A stretch of 64,000 nt of DNA from Octopus vulgaris (Eukaryota), in the NCBI GenBank assembly GCA_951406725.2, contig OX597825.1, positions 5,580,001 to 5,644,000 on the forward strand, given 5' to 3'. Shown here one piece after another: positions 42,331-56,299 of this stretch (position 1 is its first letter; each line of letters opens with the position of its first letter). A model generated the notes under the pieces. It was not told the DNA's origin, searched no databases, and saw only the letters and a program-made list of their open reading frames with translations. The position numbers were made by a program, and so were the translations under genes.

Positions 42331-43441
42331 TCATTTTTTAAGCGCTTAACCCTTAATCCTTTTGTATTTAAACTTCTGATCAATAAATGCTAAATTTCAT
42401 TTTTCTATCTTTTCTATTGGATTATTGTCTCCATCTACAACCTCATTTTTATTTTTTTTTCTGCTTTTTCAATGATCAATGAGTGCTAATCCTAATTCGA
42501 TTTCTACAGCATCCATTTCTCCCACCATCTTAAATTCCCATCTTTGGACCTCGTATGCTTTTATCTTTTAAATCTCTAAATTTCCCCCAGAAAATCCACC
42601 AACAATATCAGAAACATAAACCTTCAACTGTGAATCACCCCATTTGAGGGCTCAAGTTTAAACATTAGCTGGTCATAAACCTGTTAGTAAAGTGATTTAT
42701 GTTCGCAACGACGGCACATACGGCTTACTTTTCACTCGGCAGAAAGTCATTATATATTATAGGAGACACAAATGAGCTATTATGATAGTTACAACTTCCT
42801 ACAATCAATAAATGTTGAAATACAGGGGAAAGGCAATAGATTTGGTTTTAATTCAGGTTCGAAATCAGACCATGATCTTCATTCGTTTGTGCATAATTCT
42901 TGCATTATGTTGCTAAACATCGACATAGGAAACAAACTGGAGACTTCCGAGATAGTCCTTTTCCCTGTTTCGCTTCATATCCATACTCCCCACACACACA
43001 AATACTGTCACTATTGAAATAAGGAAACTAGTAAAATAGTTGACTGATATATGTAAGGAAGGATAATGAGAGTTGAAGCCTGGTTGTTTATGGAGTGTTA
43101 ACGGACATTTATGGCGTACATGAAACCGAGTGAGAAGCAGGAAAAGGGAAAGAGAAAGAGAGATGAAGGCGATAAATAGAGAAAGAGGGAGGGGGAAAAT
43201 AAAACGGAATTGAAGAACGCTAAGCAGTAGGAGAATATGAAAGAATTTAGGAATGAAAGGATGAAGGGATGGATAAAATAAATAAGAGAGGAAGATGGAA
43301 ACAAAGAGACAGGTCACGTGTTTAACAAAGCTATCTATCAGGAAGATCTTTCCAGACGAATGGTTCTAATTATTAATGGATAATCATAATGAAGATTGTG
43401 TCTTGGAGTTCCGACTGTCATAAGAATGAAGACAGACAGAC

Positions 43442-43472
<31 letters not shown>

Positions 43473-43587
43473 ACACACACACACACACATATATATACAC
43501 TTATATATAAGTGTATACATATATGTGTGTGGTGTGTATGATATATATATACATACATATATACATATACATATATATGCATGTATA

Positions 43588-44071
<484 letters not shown>

Positions 44072-44271
44072 TTTCGTTTCAGCACACGATCTCAGATCAA
44101 ATCACTTGCTATGCGAGTACATCTCCGTAATATATATATATATCAGCCGAAATTACTACGATGATCCGGTTCTTGACTGAAGACTGAGGGTTTCGAATGT
44201 CCTGTCCGTGTTTATTGTATCGTCTTCTAAGAGTTATACGTTCTTGTCCATGTTGTATTTTTCTACATACC

Positions 44272-44309
<38 letters not shown>

Positions 44310-44312
<3 letters not shown>

Positions 44313-44485
44313 CGGGAAGGTTTACGAAAATAAACAAAAGACGAAGGCAGGTGAAGTACAAACAAGCAAATGTATTAGTAAGGCGCTAAGGAATAGAAAT
44401 AGAACAAGTCTTTTACGTTTCGAGCCTACGCTCTTCGACAGAAAGATACACAGAAAAGAAACAAGGAGAGAAAAAATGGTCCATC
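44310..44485 (-). mobile_element. Short (TA)n-embedded repeat with a hammerhead-like fold
   Basis: Minus strand 44409-44446 reads tcttt-CTGTCGA-a-gagc-gtag-gctc-GAAA-cg-TA-aaaga. Confidence 0.65.
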
Positions 44486-44577
<92 letters not shown>

Positions 44578-44584
44578 ATGTATG

Positions 44585-44648
<64 letters not shown>

Positions 44649-44753
44649 AAGAAGTAAATATATGGCACAACGAAGTACCGATATTTACTGGAAATAGCGA
44701 ACGTAATAATACTATTCTTTACTGGAAAGCAATGCTCTAGTATTGCATTACTA

Positions 44754-44811
<58 letters not shown>

Positions 44812-45436
44812 CTTATAAATAAGGGCAAACGAAAAATTTCTAATGCCAAAAATGCCGAAATTAGACACCCTGTCCATAACCATATAATTTTTCACAATAC
44901 GCACGCTACTCAAAAAAGGTCGACAGAAATTTCTAAAAAATTCCACTATTACCATATCGGACCGATTTCAAGGTTAGTTCATAAGAACCCTCCCTTCGTC
45001 AGTGATAAATTTGGCAAAAGAATAAATGAGATACTTACTCATACCCATGAAAGAAGCAAACACTAAGTCATGAGCACAACTAAGTACCCCAAATACATCC
45101 AAAATAGAACTTCACCAGCCCATTTGAGACACGTGCGATTTGAACTGAGGCTCTCACAGACTGAGACATTCCGGAAGTGAACACTATTAAATTTATATTT
45201 AATGTAGGATAAATTTTTTTTGAAAAAAATGTTATCAATGGCCAGTATATTAAAAAATACCTTTATTGCAGCCCCTTTTCGTTCCATGATTTTTACTCAC
45301 TTTTCCCAGGGCTCCGACAATTATTGGTACTACTGCTACCTTTTTCATCGACCACAACTTCTTCCCAAGATAACCTGTCATATCTCTCGACTTTTCATCA
45401 TCATCATCGTCGTCGTCGTCGTCATTGTCGTCATCC

Positions 45437-45650
45437 TTATTATGTCAAAATTAAAAGAAGAGTGCCGTTGTTATCAAGTGAACGATATTTCGACATCTTG
45501 TGTGTCTTCAACTGGTACAAAAAATACATTTGTCAATCTACTCCATTTTGGTTAATATAGAAAGGATTTAGGTAACCAGTTGAAGATATACAAGATCTCG
45601 AAATATCGTTCACTAGATATTTTTGGCACTCTTCTTTTAATGTTGACATG

Positions 45651-45655
<5 letters not shown>
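45437..45655. repeat. Imperfect inverted repeat (~80-bp arms) with a hammerhead-like variant
   Basis: 45437-45517 pairs with 45575-45655. A further partial copy lies at about 45928-46015. Confidence 0.75.
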
Positions 45656-45690
<35 letters not shown>

Positions 45691-45736
45691 CAACAACAAC
45701 AACAGTAATAATAATAATAATAATAAAATAATAATG

Positions 45737-45875
<139 letters not shown>

Positions 45876-46044
45876 TAATAATAATAATAATAATAATGAT
45901 AATAATTATAATGATAATAATAATAATGGTACTCTTCTTTTAATTTTGACACTATATCTTCAGGAGGAGTTACCTTAATCCTTTCTATATAGACGAAAAT
46001 GGAGTAGATTGACACATTTATAATTATTATTATTATTATTATTA

Positions 46045-46113
<69 letters not shown>

Positions 46114-46146
46114 CATTATTATTACTATTACCAATATTATTATTAC

Positions 46147-46230
<84 letters not shown>

Positions 46231-46535
46231 TGGTTATTTGACTCCGTGTCGTTCTTATTCCTGGTAGAGTTTATGTGGGTAGCGGGTTACTATCTGTAAC
46301 CATAGGTATCAATAGTCTTTCAAATGCTTAAAATCCTCCTGATAATCTTTCCTGTCCCTAAAAGGCAAACTTTCTGTAGAAACTCTACAAAGCATTCCAT
46401 CCCAATCTCCCTCAACCATTTGTCTATATCTTTACTCACAGTTCCCAATGCACCAATTATTACAGGCAGAACATTTACACTTTTCACATTCCAAATACTT
46501 GCAAATTCAAATTTTAAGGGATTGTGTTTTTCACC
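46231..46535 (-). mobile_element. R4/Dong-clade non-LTR retrotransposon 3' fragment in (TAA)n
   Basis: IWNVKSVNVLPVIIGALGTV...LQKVCLLGTGKIIRRIL* is the C-terminus of a restriction-like endonuclease. A short 3' UTR runs into (TAA)n. Confidence 0.85.
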
Positions 46536-46571
46536 TATTATTACTATTACCAATATTATTATTACTATTAC

Positions 46572-46681
<110 letters not shown>

Positions 46682-47291
46682 TGACTACTATTATTATTAT
46701 TGTTATCAATATCATTATTATCATTATTATTATTGTTGTTACTATTATTACTACTACTATTACTACTATTATTGTTATTATCAATATCATCATCATCATC
46801 ATCATTATTATTATTATTATTATTATTATCATTATTATTATTATTATTCGCTGAGGATTGCCAGCATCGTTAAAGCGTCGTGAAACTGTCATATGGTCTT
46901 AATTCCGGCTACTTATATTCTGAGTTAAAAATGCCACAAAGGTTATCGACTGAACTTCCTTGTGAAGATGACATGCAGGCCAGCGTAAATCATGCGATTC
47001 CGATTATGTTTGAAAATCGGCTGCGGAAGAATGTATTTCTGGAACTTCAGAGTTACGTCACAGTTTGTATAATTAATGACGTCAGGCATATTGGAAATTA
47101 AACAATACTATAATATGGGTAATATGATCGGCTGCTCCTCCATTGTCTCAAATTTTTGACCTCCTGCCCGATTAATTAAGAGCAATTATTAGAATATGAC
47201 ACGCAGATCCTGCAGTATTTATATCGTTTTTCGTTCTGATCGCAAATCCCAATGACTTCCGCTTTGTATTTTTAACTTTGGTTGTCGAAGG

Positions 47292-47925
47292 TGCGGGCGC
47301 GGCAGTGTCGTAAGATGTTTACCTCCCAAGTTCATGGTACCTGGTTCAGTCCCGTGGGGCTTTGGGCAAGGTGTCTTGTGCTATAACCACGGGCCGACTA
47401 CAGCTTTTTGAGTGGATTTAGTAGACGGAAACTGAAAGAAGACTGTTGTGTGTGTGCGTATATATATATATATATATATTTATATATAGTTCAAAATTAA
47501 AGAAAAACAAAGATGAAGATAGGTGTAGGAACAACGAGTATGTGTATTGGTTTGACGCTCGGGAAAAATGGAAAAGTCTTTTACGTTTCGAACCGACGCT
47601 CTTCGACAAAGAGGAACACGATGAAATAAATAGAGAATAAAAAAACACGTGTTGAGATCAGTGGTTTAACATGATACAAGTGTGTGTGTGAGAGAGTGCG
47701 TGTGTGTCTTTGGGTCTCTGTTTATCCCCTACCATTACTTGACAACGGGTGTCGGTGTGTTTACGTCCCCAGTAAGCTAGTGCTTCGGCAATAAAGACCG
47801 ATAGACTAAATACCAAGTTTCAAAAAAAAAAAAGAGAAAAAGAGAAAAGTTGGCTCGATTAAAATTCTTCAAGCCAGTGCCCCAGAATGGCCGCAGTCAA
47901 ATAACCGAAACAAGTAAAAGATAAA
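47292..47925 (+). mobile_element. SINE family A with a hammerhead-like repeat (47488-47650, minus) nested in its central (TA)n
   Basis: SINE head 47292-47445 and tail 47700-47925. Nested motif on the minus strand: ctcTTTGTCGA-a-gagc-gtcg-gttc-GAAA-cg-TA-aaag. Confidence 0.75.
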
Positions 47926-48105
47926 AGAAACATATAGTATTTACTTACGTCGATTTCCGTTCTTATCTCAAATCACAATCAATTCAACTTTGTCTTCCAT
48001 TTTCGGTTGTCAAAAAAATAAAAACCAGTTAAGTCTTGGAATGTGAGTCAAGATACTCAACTCTACTCTCCCTATCAAATGTCTTTCTGTGTGTCAGTTA
48101 GAGAA

Positions 48106-48178
<73 letters not shown>

Positions 48179-48181
<3 letters not shown>

Positions 48182-49842
48182 TAGTTTTATTTTTATAGCG
48201 TGCTTTCACTTCACTACCGAGCGCAGCTCTGTGTGCCTTGGGTATGTGCTGTGATTTGTTGTGATGCTCTGATGGTTATTGTATGGAAAGTGTTTTGCGT
48301 AGGATGTGTGCAGTGCCTAGTAGTGCAATTTTCTGTATGTTATATGTGTTTGTAAGTCCTGGTGTTTTTGTTATGTATTTGTCTGAATATTTTTTATCAT
48401 GCCTAATGCACCTACTATGATAGGAATTGTTTCTGTTTTCAGATTCCACATTCTAGTTACCTCTATTTCCAGGTCTTTGTATTTTGAGAGTTTCTCCATT
48501 TCTTTTAGAGACACGTTGTCATCAGCCGGTATTGATACATCAATTAGAAAGCATTTTTTTTTCTTCATGATCTCTGACAACTATATCTGGTCTGTTGGCC
48601 TTAATTTCTCTATCTGTGTGTATCGGCATATCCCAGAGTATGGTTGCTTTCTCGTTTTCTGTGACCTTTTCTGGTGTGTGCCTATACCATCTTTTTTCTG
48701 TTGTTATTCCATAATGTTGGCATAGCTTCCAATGTATGTAGGTTCCAACTCTGTCATGTATGTGAATATATTCCTTCTTAGCCAGGACTGGGCAGCTAGA
48801 GATAATATGATTTATTGTTTCTTGTCCATCTCCACATATTCTGCAGTTACTTGTAATATTTCTTTTCATTACATGTTTTTGGTAATTTCTGGTGGGGAGG
48901 GTCTTGTGCTGCAATTAAAAATCCCTCTGTTTCTGCTTTGAGTCCTGAGCTTCTCAACCATTGCTGGGATTTTTCTTTGTCTATTTCTTTTGCGTTTAGT
49001 TTAGTCCAGTATTTACCATGAAGGGGCTTTTCTTGCCATCGCTTTATCATGGTTCGTTGCTGTTCTATTTTTAGTTTGGATTTCATTTGTTTTATAGCTT
49101 TTGTTGTTTCTTCATCTTCTTCTTCTTCTTCTTCTTCTTCTTCTTCTTCTTCTTCTTCTTCTTCATGTTTATTAGGCGGTATGATTTCTTGTTTGTATTT
49201 GTCAGCTTCCTTAAATACTGAGAACAGTTTTTTGTTTTGCTCGTGTTTTGCCGCTATCTGGATCAGTTTTCCTTCCTTCTGAAGTAGATATTTTTGCAGT
49301 CCTATGGTGGTTATTTCATAGTAGTTTTCCAGCTGTATAAGGCCTCTACCACCTTCTATACGTTGTATATATAGTCTTTCTATGTCAGATTTTGGGTGAT
49401 GCATCCTAGATCCTGTCATTATTTTTCTTGTTTTCCTATCTATTTTGGTCAGTTCATTTCGTGTCCAGTTAAGGATATTGTAGCTGTAACTTATAACTGG
49501 GACAGCTAAAGTGTTGATACCTATTATCTTGTTTTTAGCATTGAGCTCTGTTTTTAGTATTGATCTAACTCGTCTATAATATTCTTTTTTTATTTTCTCT
49601 TTCATTTGTGTGTGTTGTGTCTTATCTAGTTCATGGATTCCTAAGTATTTGTAAGTTTGGCTTTGGTCTAATTCTTTTATTTCATTGGTTTTATCTAGTG
49701 TGATGTTGTTACTCTTAACTAGTTTTTCTCTTTTCATGGTTACTTTGGCGCATTTTTCTAATCCAAATTTCATATCTATTTCTTTGGTAAATCCATGAAC
49801 TGTCTTTAATAGTGTTTCCAGCTGTTTGTCATTTGCAGCGTA

Positions 49843-49843
<1 letters not shown>
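48179..49843 (-). mobile_element. 5'-truncated R4/Dong-clade non-LTR retrotransposon flanked by (TAA)n
   Basis: RT C-terminal part (MKFGLEKCA, YKYLG, LY..R.EGGRGL), CCHC knuckle (CRIC...ETINHIISSC), HD motif and PD...D restriction-like endonuclease (RPDIVV...IDVSIP...KYKDL). Stop at 48276-48278. Confidence 0.93.
48276..49843 (-). pseudogene. RT/restriction-like endonuclease ORF remnant with frameshifts
   Basis: ORFs 48847-50028, 48540-48914 and 48371-48580 join into one polyprotein across frameshifts. It begins just after where the catalytic YxDD would lie. Confidence 0.88.
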
Positions 49844-49920
<77 letters not shown>

Positions 49921-49939
49921 ATTAGAGAATATTATTATT

Positions 49940-50308
49940 AGGAGACACAGAAGTAGCTGTGTGGTAAGAAGCTTGCTTCCCAACAACATGGTTCCGGGTT
50001 CAGTCCCACTGCTTGGTACCTTGAGCAAGTGTCTTCTACTGTAACCTCGGGTCTATCAAAGCCTGGTGAGTGGATTTGGTTGACAGAAATTGAAAGAAGA
50101 CCGTTGTATATATGTATTCTTTTACTTGTTTCAGTCATTTGACTGCGGCCATGCTGGAACACCGCCTTTAGACGAACAAATCGATCCCATGACTTATTCT
50201 TTTGTAAGCCTAGTACTCATTCTATTGGTGTCTTTTGCCGAACCGCTAAGTTATGGGGACGTAAACACCCCAGCACAGGTTGTCAAGCAATGGTTGGGGG
50301 ACAAACAT

Positions 50309-50353
<45 letters not shown>

Positions 50354-50510
50354 CGACAGATGGTGGTGTGCCCCCGTACCTTAGCGATTCGGTAAAAGAG
50401 ACCGATTGAATAAGTACTAGGTTTACAAAGAATAAGTCCTGGGGTCGATTTGTTCGACTAAAGGCGGTGCTCCAGTATGGCCGCATTTAAAAATGACTAA
50501 AACAAGTAAA
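49940..50510. mobile_element. Cluster of SINE family A pieces (head +, tail -, tail +)
   Basis: 49940-50105 is a + head, 50117-50300 a - tail and 50370-50510 a + tail. Confidence 0.8.
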
Positions 50511-51096
50511 GGAATTAAATTAACGATATTGCAGAAATGGTGGCAGGTTGGACTTGAATCCGAAACCTCCTGTTTGTAAAGTGAGATTCTTCATCAGGCA
50601 GCCATGACTGCGCCTAATTTGGGGATCGATTTTATCGACTCTTCTTTCTCTTCAAAGTGGTCGACTTAATATGAAAGTCAGACATTTTATATTTCATTAG
50701 AACACTCAATCAAATTAACAGTTTATCTAATTGTATTGCTGACTCCATTTGCAGCAATCTTTCTACTGGATCCGCACAGAAATCAATGTATTTATTACCA
50801 TTGAAGCAGCAAAATAATACGTTGCCAAAAAAAGGTAGCTTGTTTTTACAAAGGGGAAACTGTTGATACTTAAGCCATTAAATGTGATGTTAAAAACCAA
50901 ACTATATGATTGAAGAAGCAACTACATGTACGAACTCTCTTTTCAAATGTCCGTCATAAAAAAATATGTAAGATTTATATGGAAAACGGATTTGTGAGTA
51001 GATTTGGTTGACGGAAACTGAAAGAAGCCGTCGTACATATATGGTCTTGGTTTCTTTACGTCCTTGTTACTTGGTAAACAAAATAAAACAAATATA

Positions 51097-51385
51097 TAAA
51101 ATATAACGTGTCTTGAATGGCACAACAATGCAGAGTAGATTATAATAACTGTTATAATTTGATTATCCATAGTCTGATAGGATATATTTCGGAATATAAA
51201 AATTCCTTCTTCAGATATCGCTAGGAACCGTTGGAAAACCGATTATAGCAGTGGCTCGATCAATTCCTAGCAATATCTGAAGAAGGAATTTTTATATTCC
51301 GAAATATTATTATTATATCAGACTATGAATAATTAAACTATAACACTCTGCATTGTTGTGCCACTCAAGACACGTAATATTTTAC
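51097..51385. repeat. Inverted repeat (~125-bp arms, 36-nt spacer) with a hammerhead motif in each arm
   Basis: 51097-51227 is approximately the reverse complement of 51264-51385, with small indels. Confidence 0.9.
51272..51319 (+). ncRNA. Putative minimal hammerhead ribozyme, canonical core (mirror copy on minus at ~51176-51219)
   Basis: atat-CTGAAGA-a-ggaat-ttttat-attcc-GAAA-tat...-atat. Mirror copy: gatat-CTGAAGA-a-ggaat..attcc-GAAA-tata-TC-ctatc. Confidence 0.7.
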
Positions 51386-52300
51386 AAACGATACACAATG
51401 CTTCAAGCGAACTACAATACTCTCCTAAAACAAATATGATTTCTTGTAGATCCCATTTCACTCCGCTAAAATATAGAGAAATATTACGCAAATTAACACG
51501 AAGCAATTTTAAAATTATTAGGAATGTCTCCACACCGAAAACTGGGTCTTGAGTTTGTTTCTCACATTTATTAGCAATAATATTCGTTGTCGCCGTCGTT
51601 CTTGTTTGGCTCGAGATCGGAACTGATTAAGACCTGTACTCAAAGGCATTCCAGCTACGACCATCCAGTCGTTTTAGAAGTATGTGAAAAGATTACATTA
51701 TCTAAGATAACCTTTTTGTTAACCCTTAAACGGCAGACATGAATTGATATTTCAAAAATTTTACATGAATATGGCCATCGGCTATCATCAATTGACGCCT
51801 GAGCGTCTACTTCGTAAAATGTGCCGAAGCGTAAGCTGCTCTTATCGATACGCGAAATCAGGATGCAAATGGAATATTCTAAGATAATGTCGCATTAAGG
51901 AGTTACTTTACATTAAGGAGTGGAACATACAATCTCATGTAATTCAGGGCGCCTTGCGGTCCCAGTAGACGGAATAGAAAAAGGTGTTGCTCCGGATGAT
52001 GGCGATGGAGATGTGCTGGATCAGCCGCTACGGCGATGAAAATGTTTTTTCTGACTTTCCTTCATTATCAGGTGAGGTAGATGATGGAGAGGACGATAAT
52101 GATGGTGATAATGGTGGTGGTGATGGTGGTGATGGTGGTGACGATGATGATGACGATTATTATTATTATTATTATCATTATTATTATTATTATTACTATT
52201 ATTATTATGGTGGTAGTGGTGGTGATAATGATGACGATGACGACGACGACAATACAATATAAATGGAGTGGGCTACTGATGATGATGATGTGATGATGAC

Positions 52301-52358
<58 letters not shown>

Positions 52359-52966
52359 GTGACGATGATGGTGACGATGATGATGATGAGGAGGAGGAGG
52401 ATTATGGTGATAGTGGTTGTGGTCGTGGTGGTGATAATGATGACGATGATGACGATGATGCTCCACACAGCACAGAAGAAATTGGTGCTTCAACTAATTC
52501 TGGAAGGAGAAAGTTCGCCAATTTTTCTTTATTTGTTTGAGAAGAACGCGGAAATTTCAAATGAATTATGCTCAGATGATTTTTCTTTGTGTGTGCCTTT
52601 ATTTTTATAATCGACGAGAGTTGAATTATGTTCATAGTTTTTGTATTTATTAAAAGGGAAAATAATGTAAAAAGATTATCCTTAAGAAAAACAGATTTTA
52701 AAATTTTTTGGCCTTTTTGGCAGACACATTCATGCTATTTAAGGGTTGATACGGCAGCATGTTATCTGTGGGACTTTGATTGCTATTACTAGCAGGTCGT
52801 GCAACCTCGTAAAGGCTGTCTTCTCTCTCAATAGTATCATGGGTCTATTTAACTGCAGATAGACAGACAGACCGACAGATAGACAGAGAGAGAGAGAGAG
52901 AGAGAGATAGGTGGGTGGGTGGGTGGATGAATGGATGTATGGATGGACAGACAGACAAACAAACAA

Positions 52967-53046
<80 letters not shown>

Positions 53047-54589
53047 GAGGTTATACGACTTTTGACTTTACTCCAGCCTACAGAAAAAAAAATCACATAC
53101 AGATAGAAGATAAGGTGACCATTAGTTGTGGGATTCCGGTTTAAATGCACACTGGATTTTAAATGAGAAATTTGGAGGGTTATAAAACCGACCACTCGAC
53201 CCGCTTTTACACCCTTCTTGGTGTAGTGATGCCAATGCCACAACAGCGGGTGGGGTAGTTTGTCTATATTTCTCAGTTTACACGAGCGATTTGAGGGTAG
53301 TTCGTTTGGCACGGTGCTCTGTTAAGATGCCCAACAGCTCCGCTCCAGCCACATTGAAACTAAATATCACTTCACTCTTAACTCTTGATGAGATTGAAAA
53401 CCAACTTAGTTTTGTTAATGATCTATTAATTCCGATGGAGCAGACACATTAGATTAAGTAATACGAACTAATTAGTGACATTCTGAGCTCAAATCCACCA
53501 AGAGCCGTCCTTTCTTTATGACTTTCATCCCTCGGGGTTCAATAAAATAAGTGCCAATGATAAACTGCATGTGATCTCAATTTTCTCTGTAAGTGTGCCA
53601 ACGTAAGGAAATCGATAAATTTCGGAAGAAAACTTAGCGAGTGAGAGGTGTTAATTGCTTAAATCGACGAATATTATATATAAAAAAAAAGATCATTACA
53701 ACTGAATAAAAAAAATATGATGATGGTGATGATTTCTTTTGACAAAGGATAAGAGAATTTATTCGAGGGAAGGAGTGTGTTCGATTGAAATGACTCTCGT
53801 TCTTTCATAGTGTATAATTTTATTGCTCTGAAGGAGATGAAAGACAAATTAACGCCGTGGGGCACCGAAATTAAATAGCGAAAAATAAAAGCATTTAACC
53901 CCATGCTTTAATTTTTCGACCGTCTTCAGTAATAATTTTTTCGCGTGTTTATGTATGTTTTTTTTAATAAAAGATTTTTTTTTCCGATAAAAAGAAAACT
54001 TCAAAGTAATTTATTATTTGATAAAAGCTATTTGATAAAAGTTATTTGATAAAAGATATTTGATAAAAGAAAATAACTTCAAAGAAATATATAATATTTT
54101 GTCTCTGCATAATATATATTCTGAAGCGCATCACGAGTTCGGTTTCGCTACTTAAGCCAGTCACATGTATATACATGCGCAAGCAAAAATCACATGGAAA
54201 CCAGAGAAGAGAGAGAGAGAAAAAGTGGGTATCAAACACGATGGCAACCTAACACCCCCGCATAAAGCGTGTATTCTTGTAGTAGATTCAGCAAGTAGAT
54301 ATATTGATTGGTTGATTGATCCGGTCTAGCTCATTCATCAGCTGCGAACTTATAAGCATTTTCACAGCAACAAAACATTACACATGACAGCTGTTGTTAC
54401 CTACATTCCCATACTAATAACTTTACTGAGTTATTATTTTCACTAGGTTAGTAAAACACAAGTTTACCTGCATCCTAAAAACTTTGGTCTCTTATTTTAC
54501 ATCGCAGTTCTGCAGTTTCTCAAACTTCTCTTCAACAGCCGCCATAGCAAAAGTGACCACATCTCCTACAGTATTATCTATCCTTTATC

Positions 54590-54975
54590 AAGGCGGTGAC
54601 TTGGTAGAAACGTTAGCACGCCGGGCGAAATACTTAGCAGTATTTCGTCTGCCGTTACGTTTTGAGTTCAAATTCCGCCGAGGTGGACTTTGCCTTTCAT
54701 CCTTTCGGGGTCGATTAAATAAGTACCAGTTACGCACTGGGGTCGATATAATCGACTTAATCCGTTTATCTGTCCTTGTGTGTCCCCTCTGTGTTTACTC
54801 TGGTAGTAAAGAAACAGGTGTTTCGTCTGCGGCTACGTTCTGAGTTCAAATTCCGTCGATGTTGACTTTGCTTTTCATCCCTTTCGGGGTCGATAAATTA
54901 AGTAGCAGTTGAATACTGGTTTCAATCTAATCGACACATCCCCTCCCCAAAATCACTACCCTTGTGGCAAATTTT
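54590..54975 (+). mobile_element. SINE family B (dimeric)
   Basis: Highly similar to 22544-22910, including the second gttctgagttcaaattccg unit. Confidence 0.85.
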
Positions 54976-55869
54976 CTAACCATTATCTAGCTTTTATCGT
55001 TTTTAAATCTTCTCTCTACGATTATAGTCGAGTGGTCGGTGCTATAACTGTCCACATACAGCATTACTCGATCTGGTGTTTTCTTTTCACAACTTCTCTC
55101 CTCCACCAGTGATTCTCAGCCATTGTCCATTTGACCCTTAGATGGGCCATATAAGATTTTGTTAAAATTCATGGGCAATAAATTGGTCTCCATCTACCAA
55201 ATTCGCTCACAAGCCATTAGTCGGACCGGCGCAGCGCAAAAGGAGTGAACCCAAAACCACGTGATTGGGTAGCTAGCTTTTTAGCCACACAGCTAAGTCT
55301 GCACCCACATTTCTTTGTGGGGTTTTCCCCACCTTGGAACACTTTCGAGTAGTTTCCAAACGCCACGGTGGCAGTGTTTGGGACAAGACTATTATATTAG
55401 AATTTTCGTAAAACAATTGCTGCTATGACTGTAAATATTTGGAATAATACAGTTATAAGTTGAAGAGGTTAGAGTTTGAGAAGTTTCTGGAATGTCAAAA
55501 TTAAATAGAGCTTGCAGGCATTTTACAAGTCTACTTTAATCAAATTTCTGTTATAATATTATGGTGTATATGATGTATGGGGAAATGAAAAAATATTTAA
55601 TTCAAGAAGTCTCTGATAATATGTGAGCGTAAATTTAAACTAAAGGGTGCATTATATCATAGAATGTTGCTTGGTCTTCTTTTTAATTTGCACTTTTAAG
55701 ACGTGAGAGCAGATTGTTTCCTAGTCTATCTGTAAAATTGTTAATACAAAGAACTTCATTATAATAACAAGGAGAGCTAATTGACGTAGCCTCGTCTGAA
55801 TATAAGGAGGATACACATTTATAAATATTAGTGACTAAATTTCTTCGGATGAGTAGCAGACTTAAAAAA

Positions 55870-56115
55870 TAAAATCAACGTGCAAGTGGCTGAGCACTCC
55901 ACAGACATGCGTACCCTTAACGTAATTCTCAGCGATGTTCAGCATGAAACAATCTGACAAGGCTGGCCCTTTGAAATACAAGTACTACTCGTTTTTGCCT
56001 GCTGAGTGCACTGGAGCAACAGGAAATAAAGTGTCTTGCTCAAGGACACAGCACACCGTCGGTAATTGAATTCTCAATCTAAGATCGAGGGCCAAAAACT
56101 CTAACCACTAAGCCA
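55870..56115 (-). mobile_element. SINE family D
   Basis: Homologous to 5722-6019 (tgcaagtggctgagcactccacagac...gtgtcttgctcaagg). Confidence 0.75.
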
Positions 56116-56299
56116 TATATATAAGACATTAAACGTAACCTACAACCAAACTGGATTTCGATTTCGTGAGATCCTAAGATAAAGAAACCTTGAAAACCCC
56201 TGATAAAAAATTTTAAAAAATACCCCGAAAGGACAACCACAAAATTGCAAACAACTTATAACAATTTCGAAGCGCGTGCAGAATGTAAATCCTTCAGCT

